Of a stretch of DNA of 64,000 bases, positions 15,001 through 27,000 are shown piece by piece. Both the position numbers and the translations under genes were made by a program. Numbering within the stretch: position 1 is the first letter of the stretch; every line of letters starts with the position of its first letter. Source of the DNA: Eledone cirrhosa (lineage: Eukaryota); assembly GCA_964016885.1 (NCBI GenBank), contig OZ024741.1:408208001-408272000 (forward strand), read 5' to 3'. Under the pieces are notes generated by a model. That model was not told where the DNA came from. It saw only the letters and a list, made by a program, of their open reading frames with translations, and made no database searches.

Positions 15001-18000
15001 GGTATTTGGAAGATTAGCAGGTTTGTTGGGTGGATGGCTGGGTACCTGGAAGATTAGCAGGTTTGTTGGGTGGATGGCTGGGTAACTGGAAGTTTAACAG
15101 GTCTGTTGGGTGGATGGCTGAGGAACTGGAAGGTTAACAGGTATGTTGGGTGGATGGCTGAGTAACTGGAATGTTAGCAGGTTTGTTGGGTGGATGGCTG
15201 AGTAACTGGTAGGTTAACAGGTTTGTTTGGTGGGTGGCTGGGTAACTGGAAGATTAACAGGTTTGTTGGGTGGATGGCTGGGTAACTGGAAGGTTAACAG
15301 GTAGGTTGGGTGGATGGCAGGGTAACTGGAAGGTTAACAGGTTTGTTGGGTGGATGGCTGGGTAACTGGAAGGTTAACAGGTTTGTTGGGTGGATGGCTG
15401 AGTAACTGGAAGGTTAGCAGGTTTGTTGGGTGGATGGCTGAGTAACTGGAAGGTTAACAGTTTTGTTGGGTGGATGGCTGAGTCACTGGTAGGTTAACAG
15501 GTTTGTTTGGTGGGTGGCTGGTTACCTGGAAGATTAACAGGTTTGTTGGGTGGATGGCAGGGTAACTGGAAGGTTAACAGGTTTGTTGGGTGGATGGCTG
15601 GGTAACTGGAAGGTTAACAGGTTTGTTGGGTGGATGGCTGAGTAACTGGAAGGTTAGCAGGTTTGTTGGGTGGATGGCTGAGTAACTGGAAGGTTAACAG
15701 TTTTGTTGGGTGGATGGCTGAGTCACTGGTAGGTTAACAGGTTTGTTTGGTGGGTGGCTGGTTACCTGGAAGATTAACAGGTTTGTTGGGTGGATGGCAG
15801 GGTAACTGGAAGGTTAACAGGTTTGTTGGGTGGATGGCTGGGTAACTGGAAGGTTAACAGGTTTGTTGGGTGGATGGCTGAGTAACTGGAAGGTTAGCAG
15901 GTTTGTTGGGTGGATGGCTGAGTAACTGGAAGGTTAACAGTTTTGTTGGGTGGATGGCTGAGTCACTGGTAGGTTAACAGGTTTGTTTGGTGGGTGGCTG
16001 GTTACCTGGAAGATTAACAGGTTTGTTGGGTGGATGGCAGGGTAACTGGAAGGTTAACAGGTTTGTTGGGTGGATGGCTGGGTAACTGGAAGGTTAACAG
16101 GTTTGTTGGGTGGATGGCTGAGTAACTGGAAGGTTAGCAGGTTTGTTGGGTGGATGGCTGAGTAACTGGAAGGTTAACAGTTTTGTTGGGTGGATGGCTG
16201 AGTCACTGGTAGGTTAACAGGTTTGTTTGGTGGGTGGCTGGTTACCTGGAAGATTAACAGGTTTGTTGGGTGGATGGCAGGGTAACTGGAAGGTTAACAG
16301 GTTTGTTGGGTGGATGGCTGGGTAACTGGAAGGTTAACAGGTTTGTTGGGTGGATGGCTGAGTAACTGGAAGGTTAGCAGGTTTGTTGGGTGGATGGCTG
16401 AGTAACTGGAAGGTTAACAGTTTTGTTGGGTGGATGGCTGAGTCACTGGTAGGTTAACAGGTTTGTTTGGTGGGTGGCTGGTTACCTGGAAGATTAACAG
16501 GTTTGTTGGGTGGATGGCTGGGTAACTGGAAGGTTAACAGGTAAGTTGGGTGGAATGCTGGGTAACTGGAAGGTTAACAGGTTTGTTGGGTGGATGGCTG
16601 GTTAACTGGAAGGTTAATAGGTTTGTTGGGTGGATGGCTGAGTAACTGGAAGATTAATAGGTTTGTTGGGTGGATGGCTGAGTAACTGGAAGGTTAATAG
16701 GTTTGTTGGGTGGATGGCTGAGTAACTGGCAGGTTAATAGATTTGTTGGGTGGATGGCTGGGTAACTGGAAGGTTAGCAGTTTTGTTGGGTGGATGGCTG
16801 AGTAACTGGAAGGTTAACAGTTTTGTTGGGTGGATTCCTGGGTAACTGGAAGTTTAGCAGGTTTGTTGGGTGGATGGCTGAGTAACTGGAAGGTTAACAG
16901 GTTTGTTGGGTGGATGGCTGAGTAACTGGAAGGTTAATAGGTTTGTTGGGTGGATGGCTGGGTAACTGGAAGGTTAGCAGGTTTGTTGGGTGGATGGATG
17001 GGTAACTGGAACTTAGCAGGTTTGTTGGGTGGATGGCTGAGTAACTGGAAGGTTAACAGTTTTGTTGGGTGGATGGCTGGGTAACTGGAAGGTTAGCAGG
17101 ATTGTTGGGTGGATGGCTGAGTAACTGGAAGGTTAACAGGTTTGTTGGGTGGATGGCTGAGTAACTGGAAGGTTAATAGGTATGTTGGGTGGATGGCTGG
17201 GTAACTCGAAGATTAGCAGGTTTGTTGAGTGGATGGCTGGGTAACTGGAAGTTTAGCAGGTTTGTTGGGTGGATGGCTGAGTAACTGGAAGGTTAACAGG
17301 TTTGTTGGGTGGATGGCTGGGTAACTGGAAGGTTAGCAGGTTTGTTGGGTGGATGGCTGTGTAACTGGAAGATTAACAGGTTTGTTGGGTGGATGGCTGG
17401 GTAACTGGAAGGTTAACAGGTAAGTTGGGTGGATGGCTGGGTAACTGGAAGGTTAACAGGTTTGTTGGGTGGATGGCTGGGTAACTGGAAGGTTAATAGG
17501 TTTGTTGGCTGGATGGCTGGGTGACTGGAAGGTTAGCAGGTTTGTTGGGCGGATGGCTGGTTACCGGAAGGTTAACAGGTTTTTTGGGTGGAGGGCTGGG
17601 CAACTGGAAGGTTAGCAGATTTGTTGGGTGGATACCTGGGTAACTGGAAGTTTAGCAGGTTTGTTGGGTGCATGGCTGGGTTACTGGAAGGTTAGCAGGT
17701 TTGTTGGGTGGATGGCTGGGTAACTGGAAGGTTAGCAGGTTTGTTGGATGGATGGATGGGTACTGAAAGGTTAGCAGGATTGTTGGGTAGATGGCTAGGT
17801 AACTGGAAGGTTAGATGGTTTGTTGGGTGGATGGCTGGGTAACTGGAAGGTTAGCAGGTTTGTTGGGTGGATGGCTGAGTAACTGGAAGGTTAGCAGTTT
17901 TGTTGGGTGGATGGCTGGGTATTTGGAAGATTAGCAGGTTTGTTGGGTGGATTGCTGGGTAACTGGAAGATTAGCAGGTTTGTTGGGTGGATGGCTGGGT

Positions 18001-21000
18001 AACTGGGAGGTTAACAGGTCTGTTCGGTGGATGGCTGAGTAACTGGAAGGTTAACAGGTTTGTTGGGTGGATGGCTGGGTAACTGGAAGCTTAACAGGTT
18101 TGTTGGGTGGATGGCTGGGTAACTGGAAGGTTAATAGGTTTGTTGGGTGGATGGCTGGGTAACTGGAAGGTCAGCAGGTTTGTTGGGTGGATGGCTGGGT
18201 ACCGGATGGTTAACAGGTTTTTTGGGTGGAGGGCTGGGTAACTGGAAGGTTAGCAGATGTGTTGGGTGGATGCCTGGGTACTTGGAAGTTTAGCAGGTTT
18301 GTTGGGTGCATGGCTGGGTTACTGGAAGGTTAGCAGGTTTGTTGGGTGGATGGCTGGGTAACTGGAAGTTTAACAGGTCTGTTGGGTGGATGGCAGAGTA
18401 ACTGGAAGGTTAACAGGTTTGTTGGGTGGATGGCTGAGTAACTGGTAGGTTAGCAGGTTTGTTGGGTGGATGGCTGAGTAACTGGTAGGTTAACAGGTTT
18501 GTTTGGTGGGTGGCTGGTTAACTGGAAGATTAACAGGTTTGTTGGGTGGATGGCTGGGTAACTGGAAGGTTAACAGTTAAGTTGGGTGGAATGCTGGGTA
18601 ACTGGAAGGTTAACAGGTTTGTTGGGTGGATGGCTGGGTAACTGGAAGGTTTACAGGTTTGTTGGGTGGATGGCTGGTTAACTGGAAGGTTAATAGGTTT
18701 GTTGGGTGGATGGCTGAGTAACTGGAAGGTTAATAGGTCTGTTGGGTGGATGGCTGAGTAACTGGAAGGTTAATAGGTTTGTTGGGTGAATGGCTGGGTA
18801 ACTGGAAGGTTAACAGTTTTGTTGGGTGGATTCATGGGTAACTGGAAGGTTAGCAGGATTGATGGGTGGATGGCTGAGTAACTGGAAGGTTAACAGGTTT
18901 GTTGGGTGGATGGCTGGCTAACTCGAAGATTAGCAGGTTTGTTGAGTGGATGGCTGGGTAACTGGAAGTTTAGCAGGTTTGTTGGGTGGATGGCTGAGTA
19001 ACTGGAAGGTTAACAGGTTTGTTGGGTGGATGGCTGGGTAACTGGAAGGTTAGCAGGTTTGTTGGATGGATGGCTGGGTAACTGGAAGATTAACAGGTTT
19101 GTTGGGTGGATGGCTGGGTTACTGGAAGGTTAGCAGGTTTGTTGGGTGGATGGCAGGGTTACTGGAAGGTTAGCAGGTTTGTTGGATGGATGGCTGGGTA
19201 CTGAAAGGTTAGCAGGATTGTTGGGTAGATGGCTAGGTAACTGGAAGGTTAACAGGTTTGTTGGGTAGATGGCTAGGTAACTGGAAGGTTAGATGGTTTG
19301 TTGGGTGGATGGCTGGGTAACTGGAAGGTTAGCAGGTTTGTTGGGTGGATGGCTGTGTAACTGGAAGGTTAGCAGTTTTGTTGGGTGGATGGCTGGGTAT
19401 TTGGAAGATTAGCAGGTTTGTTGGGTGGATTGCTGGGTAACTGGAAGATTAGCAGGTTTGTTGGGTGGATGGCTGGGTAACTGGGAGGTTAACAGGTCTG
19501 TTGGGTGGATGGCTGAGTAACTGGAAGGTTAACAGGTTTGTTGGGTGGATGGCTGGGTAACTGGAAGCTTAACAGGTTTGTTGGGTGGATGGCTGGGTAA
19601 CTGGAAGGTTAATAGGTTTGTTGGCTGGATGGCTGGGTAACTGGAAGGTTAGCAGGTTTGTTGGGTGGATGGCTGGGTACCGGATGGTTAACAGGTTTTT
19701 TGGGTGGAGGGCTGGGTAACTGGAAGGTTAGCAGATTTGTTGGGTGGATGCCTGGGTACTTGGAAGTTTAGCAGGTTTGTTGGGTGCATGGCTGGGTTAC
19801 TGGAAGGTTAGCAGGTTTGTTGGGTGGATGGCTGGGTAACTGGAAGTTTAACAGGTCTGTTGGGTGGATGGCAGAGTAACTGGAAGGTTAACAGGTATGT
19901 TGGGTGGATGGCTGAGTAACTGGAAGGTTAGCAGGTTTGTTGGGTGGATGGCTGAGTAACTGGTAGGTTAACAGGTTTGTTTGGTGGGTGGCTGGTTAAC
20001 TGGAAGATTAACAGGTTTGTTGGGTGGATGGCTGGGTAACTGGAAGGTTAACAGTTAAGTTGGGTGGAATGCTGGTTAACTGGAAGGTTAACAGGTTTGT
20101 TGGGTGGATGGCTGGGTAACTGGAAGGTTTACAGGTTTGTTGGGTGGATGGCTGGTTAACTGGAAGGTTAATAGGTTTGTTGGGTGGATGGCTGAGTAAC
20201 TGGAAGGTTAATAGGTTTGTTGGGTGGATGGCTGAGTAACTGGAAGGTTAATAGGTTTGTTGGGTGAATGGCTGGGTAACTGGAAGGTTAACAGTTTTGT
20301 TGGGTGGATTCATGGGTAACTGGAAGGTTAGCAGGATTGTTGGGTGGATGGCTGAGTAACTGGAAGGTTAACAGGTTTGTTGGGTGGATGGCTGGGTAAC
20401 TCGAAGATTAGCAGGTTTGTTGAGTGGATGGCTGGGTAACTGGAAGTTTAGCAAGTTTGTTGGGTGGATGGCTGAGTAACTGGAAGGTTAACAGATTTGT
20501 TGGGTGGATGGCTGGGTAACTGGAAGGTTAGCAGGTTTGTTGGGTGGATGGCTGGGTAACTGGAAGATTAACAGGTTTGTTGGGTGGATGGCTGGGTAAC
20601 TGGAAGGTTAACAGGTAAGTTGGGTGGATGGCTGGGTAACTGGAAGGTTAACAGTTTTGTTGGGTGGATGGCTGGGTAACTGGAAGGTTAATAGGTTTGT
20701 TGGCTGGATGGCTGAGTAACTGGAAGGTTAGCAGGTTTGTTGGGTGGATGGCTGGGTACCGGAAGGTTAACAGGTTTTTTGGGTGGAGGGCTGGGTAACT
20801 GGAAGGTTAGCAGATTTGTTGGGTGGATGCCTGGGTACTTGGAAGTTTAGCAGGTTTGTTGGGTGCATGGCTGGGTTACTGGAAGGTTAGCAGGTTTGTT
20901 GGGTGGATGGCTGGGTAACTGGAAGTTTAACAGGTCTGTTGGGTGGATGGCAGAGTAACTGGAAGGTTAACAGGTATGTTGGGTGGATGGCTGAGTAACT

Positions 21001-24000
21001 GGAAGGTTAGCAGGTTTGTTGGGTGGATGGCTGAGTAACTGGTAGGTTAACAGGTTTGTTTGGTGGGTGGCTGGTTAACTGGAAGGTTAACAGGTTTGTT
21101 GGGTGGATGGCTGGGTAACTGGAAGGTTAACAGTTAAGTTGGGTGGAATGCTGGGTAACTGGAAGGTTAACAGGTTTGTTGGGTGGATGGCTGGGTAACT
21201 GGAAGGTTTACAGGTTTGTTGGGTGGATGGCTGGTTAACTGGAAGGTTAATAGGTTTGTTGGGTGGATGGCTGAGTAACTGGAAGGTTAATAGGTTTGTT
21301 GGGTGGATGGCTGAGTAACTGGAAGGTTAATAGGTTTGTTGGGTGAATGGCTGGGTAACTGGAAGGTTAACAGTTTTGTTGGGTGGATTCATGGGTAACT
21401 GGAAGGTTAGCAGGATTGATGGGTGGATGGCTGAGTAACTGGAAGGTTAACAGGTTTGTTGGGTGGATGGCTGGCTAACTCGAAGATTAGCAGGTTTGTT
21501 GAGTGGATGGCTGGGTAACTGGAAGTTTAGCAGGTTTGTTGGGTGGATGGCTGAGTAACTGGAAGGTTAACAGGTTTGTTGGGTGGATGGCTGGGTAACT
21601 GGAAGGTTAGCAGGTTTGTTGGATGGATGGCTGGGTAACTGGAAGATTAACAGGTTTGTTGGGTGGATGGCTGGGTTACTGGAAGGTTAGCAGGTTTGTT
21701 GGGTGGATGGCAGGGTAACTGGAAGGTTAGCAGGTTTGTTGGATGGATGGCTGGGTACTGAAAGGTTAGCAGGATTGTTGGGTAGATGGCTAGGTAACTG
21801 GAAGGTTAACAGGTTTGTTGGGTAGATGGCTAGGTAACTGGAAGGTTAGATGGTTTGTTGGGTGGATGGCTGGGTAACTGGAAGGTTAGCAGGTTTGTTG
21901 GGTGGATGGCTGAGTAACTGGAAGGTTAGCAGTTTTGTTGGGTGGATGGCTGGGTATTTGGAAGATTAGCAGGTTTGTTGGGTGGATTGCTGGGTAACTG
22001 GAAGATTAGCAGGTTTGTTGGGTGGATGGCTGGGTAACTGGGAGGTTAACAGGTCTGTTGGGTGGATGGCTGTGTAACTGGAAGGTTAGCAGTTTTGTTG
22101 GGTGGATGGCTGGGTATTTGGAAGATTAGCAGGTTTGTTGGGTGGATTGCTGGGTAACTGGTAGATTAGCAGGTTTGTTGGGTGGATGGCTGGGTAACTG
22201 GGAGGTTAACAGGTCTGTTGGGTGGATGGCTGAGTAACTGGAAGGTTAACAGGTTTGTTGGGTGGATGGCTGGGTAACTGGAAGCTTAACAGGTTTGTTG
22301 GGTGGATGGCTGGGTAACTGGAAGGTTAATAGGTTTGTTGGCTGGATGGCTGGGTAACTGGAAGGTTAGCAGGTTTGTTGGGTGGATGGCTGGGTACCGG
22401 ATGGTTAACAGGTTTTTTGGGTGGAGGGCTGGGTAACTGGAAGGTTAGCAGATTTGTTGGGTGGATGCCTGGGTACTTGGAAGTTTAGCAGGTTTGTTGG
22501 GTGCATGGCTGGGTTACTGGAAGGTTAGCAGGTTTGTTGGGTGGATGGCTGGGTAACTGGAAGTTTAACAGGTCTGTTGGGTGGATGGCAGAGTAACTGG
22601 AAGGTTAACAGGTATGTTGGGTGGATGGCTGAGTAACTGGAAGGTTAGCAGGTTTGTTGGGTGGATGGCTGAGTAACTGGTAGGTTAACAGGTTTGTTTG
22701 GTGGGTGGCTGGTTAACTGGAAGATTAACAGGTTTGTTGGGTGGATGGCTGGGTAACTGGAAGGTTAACAGTTAAGTTGGGTGGAATGCTGGTTAACTGG
22801 AAGGTTAACAGGTTTGTTGGGTGGATGGCTGGGTAACTGGAAGGTTTACAGGTTTGTTGGGTGGATGGCTGGTTAACTGGAAGGTTAATAGGTTTGTTGG
22901 GTGGATGGCTGAGTAACTGGAAGGTTAATAGGTTTGTTGGGTGGATGGCTGAGTAACTGGAAGGTTAATAGGTTTGTTGGGTGAATGGCTGGGTAACTGG
23001 AAGGTTAACAGTTTTGTTGGGTGGATTCATGGGTAACTGGAAGGTCAGCAGGATTGTTGGGTGGATGGCTGAGTAACTGGAAGGTTAACAGGTTTGTTGG
23101 GTGGATGGCTGGGTAACTCGAAGATTAGCAGGTTTGTTGAGTGGATGGCTGGGTAACTGGAAGTTTAGCAGGTTTGTTGGGTGGATGGCTGAGTAACTGG
23201 AAGGTTAACAGATTTGTTGGGTGGATGGCTGGGTAACTGGAAGGTTAGCAGGTTTGTTGGGTGGATGGCTGGGTAACTGGAAGATTAACAGGTTTGTTGG
23301 GTGGATGGCTGGGTAACTGGAAGGTTAACAGGTAAGTTGGGTGGATGGCTGGGTAACTGGAAGGTTAACAGTTTTGTTGGGTGGATGGCTGGGTAACTGG
23401 AAGGTTAATAGGTTTGTTGGCTGGATGGCTGAGTAACTGGAAGGTTAGCAGGTTTGTTGGGTGGATGGCTGGGTACCGGAAGGTTAACAGGTTTTTTGGG
23501 TGGAGGGCTGGGTAACTGGAAGGTTAGCAGATTTGTTGGGTGGATGCCTGGGTACTTGGAAGTTTAGCAGGTTTGTTGGGTGCATGGCTGGGTTACTGCA
23601 AGGTTAGCAGGTTTGTTGGGTGGATGGCTGGGTAACTGGAAGTTTAACAGGTCTGTTGGGTGGATGGCAGAGTAACTGGAAGGTTAACAGGTATGTTGGG
23701 TGGATGGCTGAGTAACTGGAAGGTTAGCAGGTTTGTTGGGTGGATGGCTGAGTAACTGGTAGGTTAACAGGTTTGTTTGGTGGGTGGCTGGTTAACTGGA
23801 AGGTTAACAGGTTTGTTGGGTGGATGGCTGGGTAACTGGAAGGTTAACAGTTAAGTTGGGTGGAATGCTGGGTAACTGGAAGGTTAACAGGTTTGTTGGG
23901 TGGATGGCTGGGTAACTGGAAGGTTTACAGGTTTGTTGGGTGGATGGCTGGTTAACTGGAAGGTTAATAGGTTTGTTGGGTGGATGGCTGAGTAACTGGA

Positions 24001-27000
24001 AGGTTAATAGGTTTGTTGGGTGGATGGCTGAGTAACTGGAAGGTTAATAGGTTTGTTGGGTGAATGGCTGGGTAACTGGAAGGTTAACAGTTTTGTTGGG
24101 TGGATTCATGGGTAACTGGAAGGTTAGCAGGATTGATGGGTGGATGGCTGAGTAACTGGAAGGTTAACAGGTTTGTTGGGTGGATGGCTGGCTAACTCGA
24201 AGATTAGCAGGTTTGTTGAGTGGATGGCTGGGTAACTGGAAGTTTAGCAGGTTTGTTGGGTGGATGGCTGAGTAACTGGAAGGTTAACAGGTTTGTTGGG
24301 TGGATGGCTGGGTAACTGGAAGGTTAGCAGGTTTGTTGGATGGATGGCTGGGTAACTGGAAGATTAACAGGTTTGTTGGGTGGATGGCTGGGTTACTGGA
24401 AGGTTAGCAGGTTTGTTGGGTGGATGGCAGGGTAACTGGAAGGTTAGCAGGTTTGTTGGATGGATGGCTGGGTACTGAAAGGTTAGCAGGATTGTTGGGT
24501 AGATGGCTAGGTAACTGGAAGGTTAACAGGTTTGTTGGGTAGATGGCTAGGTAACTGGAAGGTTAGATGGTTTGTTGGGTGGATGGCTGGGTAACTGGAA
24601 GGTTAGCAGGTTTGTTGGGTGGATGGCTGAGTAACTGGAAGGTTAGCAGTTTTGTTGGGTGGATGGCTGGGTATTTGGAAGATTAGCAGGTTTGTTGGGT
24701 GGATTGCTGGGTAACTGGAAGATTAGCAGGTTTGTTGGGTGGATGGCTGGGTAACTGGGAGGTTAACAGGTCTGTTGGGTGGATGGCTGTGTAACTGGAA
24801 GGTTAGCAGTTTTGTTGGGTGGATGGCTGGGTATTTGGAAGATTAGCAGGTTTGTTGGGTGGATTGCTGGGTAACTGGTAGATTAGCAGGTTTGTTGGGT
24901 GGATGGCTGGGTAACTGGGAGGTTAACAGGTCTGTTGGGTGGATGGCTGAGTAACTGGAAGGTTAACAGGTTTGTTGGGTGGATGGCTGGGTAACTGGAA
25001 GCTTAACAGGTTTGTTGGGTGGATGGCTGGGTAACTGGAAGGTTAATAGGTTTGTTGGCTGGATGGCTGGGTAACTGGAAGGTTAGCAGGTTTGTTGGGT
25101 GGATGGCTGGGTACCGGATGGTTAACAGGTTTTTTGGGTGGAGGGCTGGGTAACTGGAAGGTTAGCAGATTTGTTGGGTGGATGCCTGGGTACTTGGAAG
25201 TTTAGCAGGTTTGTTGGGTGCATGGCTGGGTTACTGGAAGGTTAGCAGGTTTGTTGGGTGGATGGCTGGGTAACTGGAAGTTTAACAGGTCTGTTGGGTG
25301 GATGGCAGAGTAACTGGAAGGTTAACAGGTATGTTGGGTGGATGGCTGAGTAACTGGAAGGTTAGCAGGTTTGTTGGGTGGATGGCTGAGTAACTGGTAG
25401 GTTAACAGGTTTGTTTGGTGGGTGGCTGGTTAACTGGAAGATTAACAGGTTTGTTGGGTGGATGGCTGGGTAACTGGAAGGTTAACAGTTAAGTTGGGTG
25501 GAATGCTGGTTAACTGGAAGGTTAACAGGTTTGTTGGGTGGATGGCTGGGTAACTGGAAGGTTTACAGGTTTGTTGGGTGGATGGCTGGTTAACTGGAAG
25601 GTTAATAGGTTTGTTGGGTGGATGGCTGAGTAACTGGAAGGTTAATAGGTTTGTTGGGTGGATGGCTGAGTAACTGGAAGGTTAATAGGTTTGTTGGGTG
25701 AATGGCTGGGTAACTGGAAGGTTAACAGTTTTGTTGGGTGGATTCATGGGTAACTGGAAGGTTAGCAGGATTGTTGGGTGGATGGCTGAGTAACTGGAAG
25801 GTTAACAGGTTTGTTGGGTGGATGGCTGGGTAACTCGAAGATTAGCAGGTTTGTTGAGTGGATGGCTGGGTAACTGGAAGTTTAGCAGGTTTGTTGGGTG
25901 GATGGCTGAGTAACTGGAAGGTTAACAGATTTGTTGGGTGGATGGCTGGGTAACTGGAAGGTTAGCAGGTTTGTTGGGTGGATGGCTGGGTAACTGGAAG
26001 ATTAACAGGTTTGTTGGGTGGATGGCTGGGTAACTGGAAGGTTAACAGGTAAGTTGGGTGGATGGCTGGGTAACTGGAAGGTTAACAGTTTTGTTGGGTG
26101 GATGGCTGGGTAACTGGAAGGTTAATAGGTTTGTTGGCTGGATGGCTGAGTAACTGGAAGGTTAGCAGGTTTGTTGGGTGGATGGCTGGGTACCGGAAGG
26201 TTAACAGGTTTTTTGGGTGGAGGGCTGGGTAACTGGAAGGTTAGCAGATGTGTTGGGTGGATGCCTGGGTACTTGGAAGTTTAGCAGGTTTGTTGGGTGC
26301 ATGGCTGGGTTACTGCAAGGTTAGCAGGTTTGTTGGGTGGATGGCTGGGTAACTGGAAGTTTAACAGGTCTGTTGGGTGGATGGCAGAGTAACTGGAAGG
26401 TTAACAGGTATGTTGGGTGGATGGCTGAGTAACTGGAAGGTTAGCAGGTTTGTTGGGTGGATGGCTGAGTAACTGGTAGGTTAACAGGTTTGTTTGGTGG
26501 GTGGCTGGTTAACTGGAAGGTTAACAGGTTTGTTGGGTGGATGGCTGGGTAACTGGAAGGTTAACAGTTAAGTTGGGTGGAATGCTGGGTAACTGGAAGG
26601 TTAACAGGTTTGTTGGGTGGATGGCTGGGTAACTGGAAGGTTTACAGGTTTGTTGGGTGGATGGCTGGTTAACTGGAAGGTTAATAGGTTTGTTGGGTGG
26701 ATGGCTGAGTAACTGGAAGGTTAATAGGTTTGTTGGGTGGATGGCTGAGTAACTGGAAGGTTAATAGGTTTGTTGGGTGAATGGCTGGGTAACTGGAAGG
26801 TTAACAGTTTTGTTGGGTGGATTCATGGGTAACTGGAAGGTTAGCAGGATTGATGGGTGGATGGCTGAGTAACTGGAAGGTTAACAGGTTTGTTGGGTGG
26901 ATGGCTGGCTAACTCGAAGATTAGCAGGTTTGTTGAGTGGATGGCTGGGTAACTGGAAGTTTAGCAGGTTTGTTGGGTGGATGGCTGAGTAACTGGAAGG

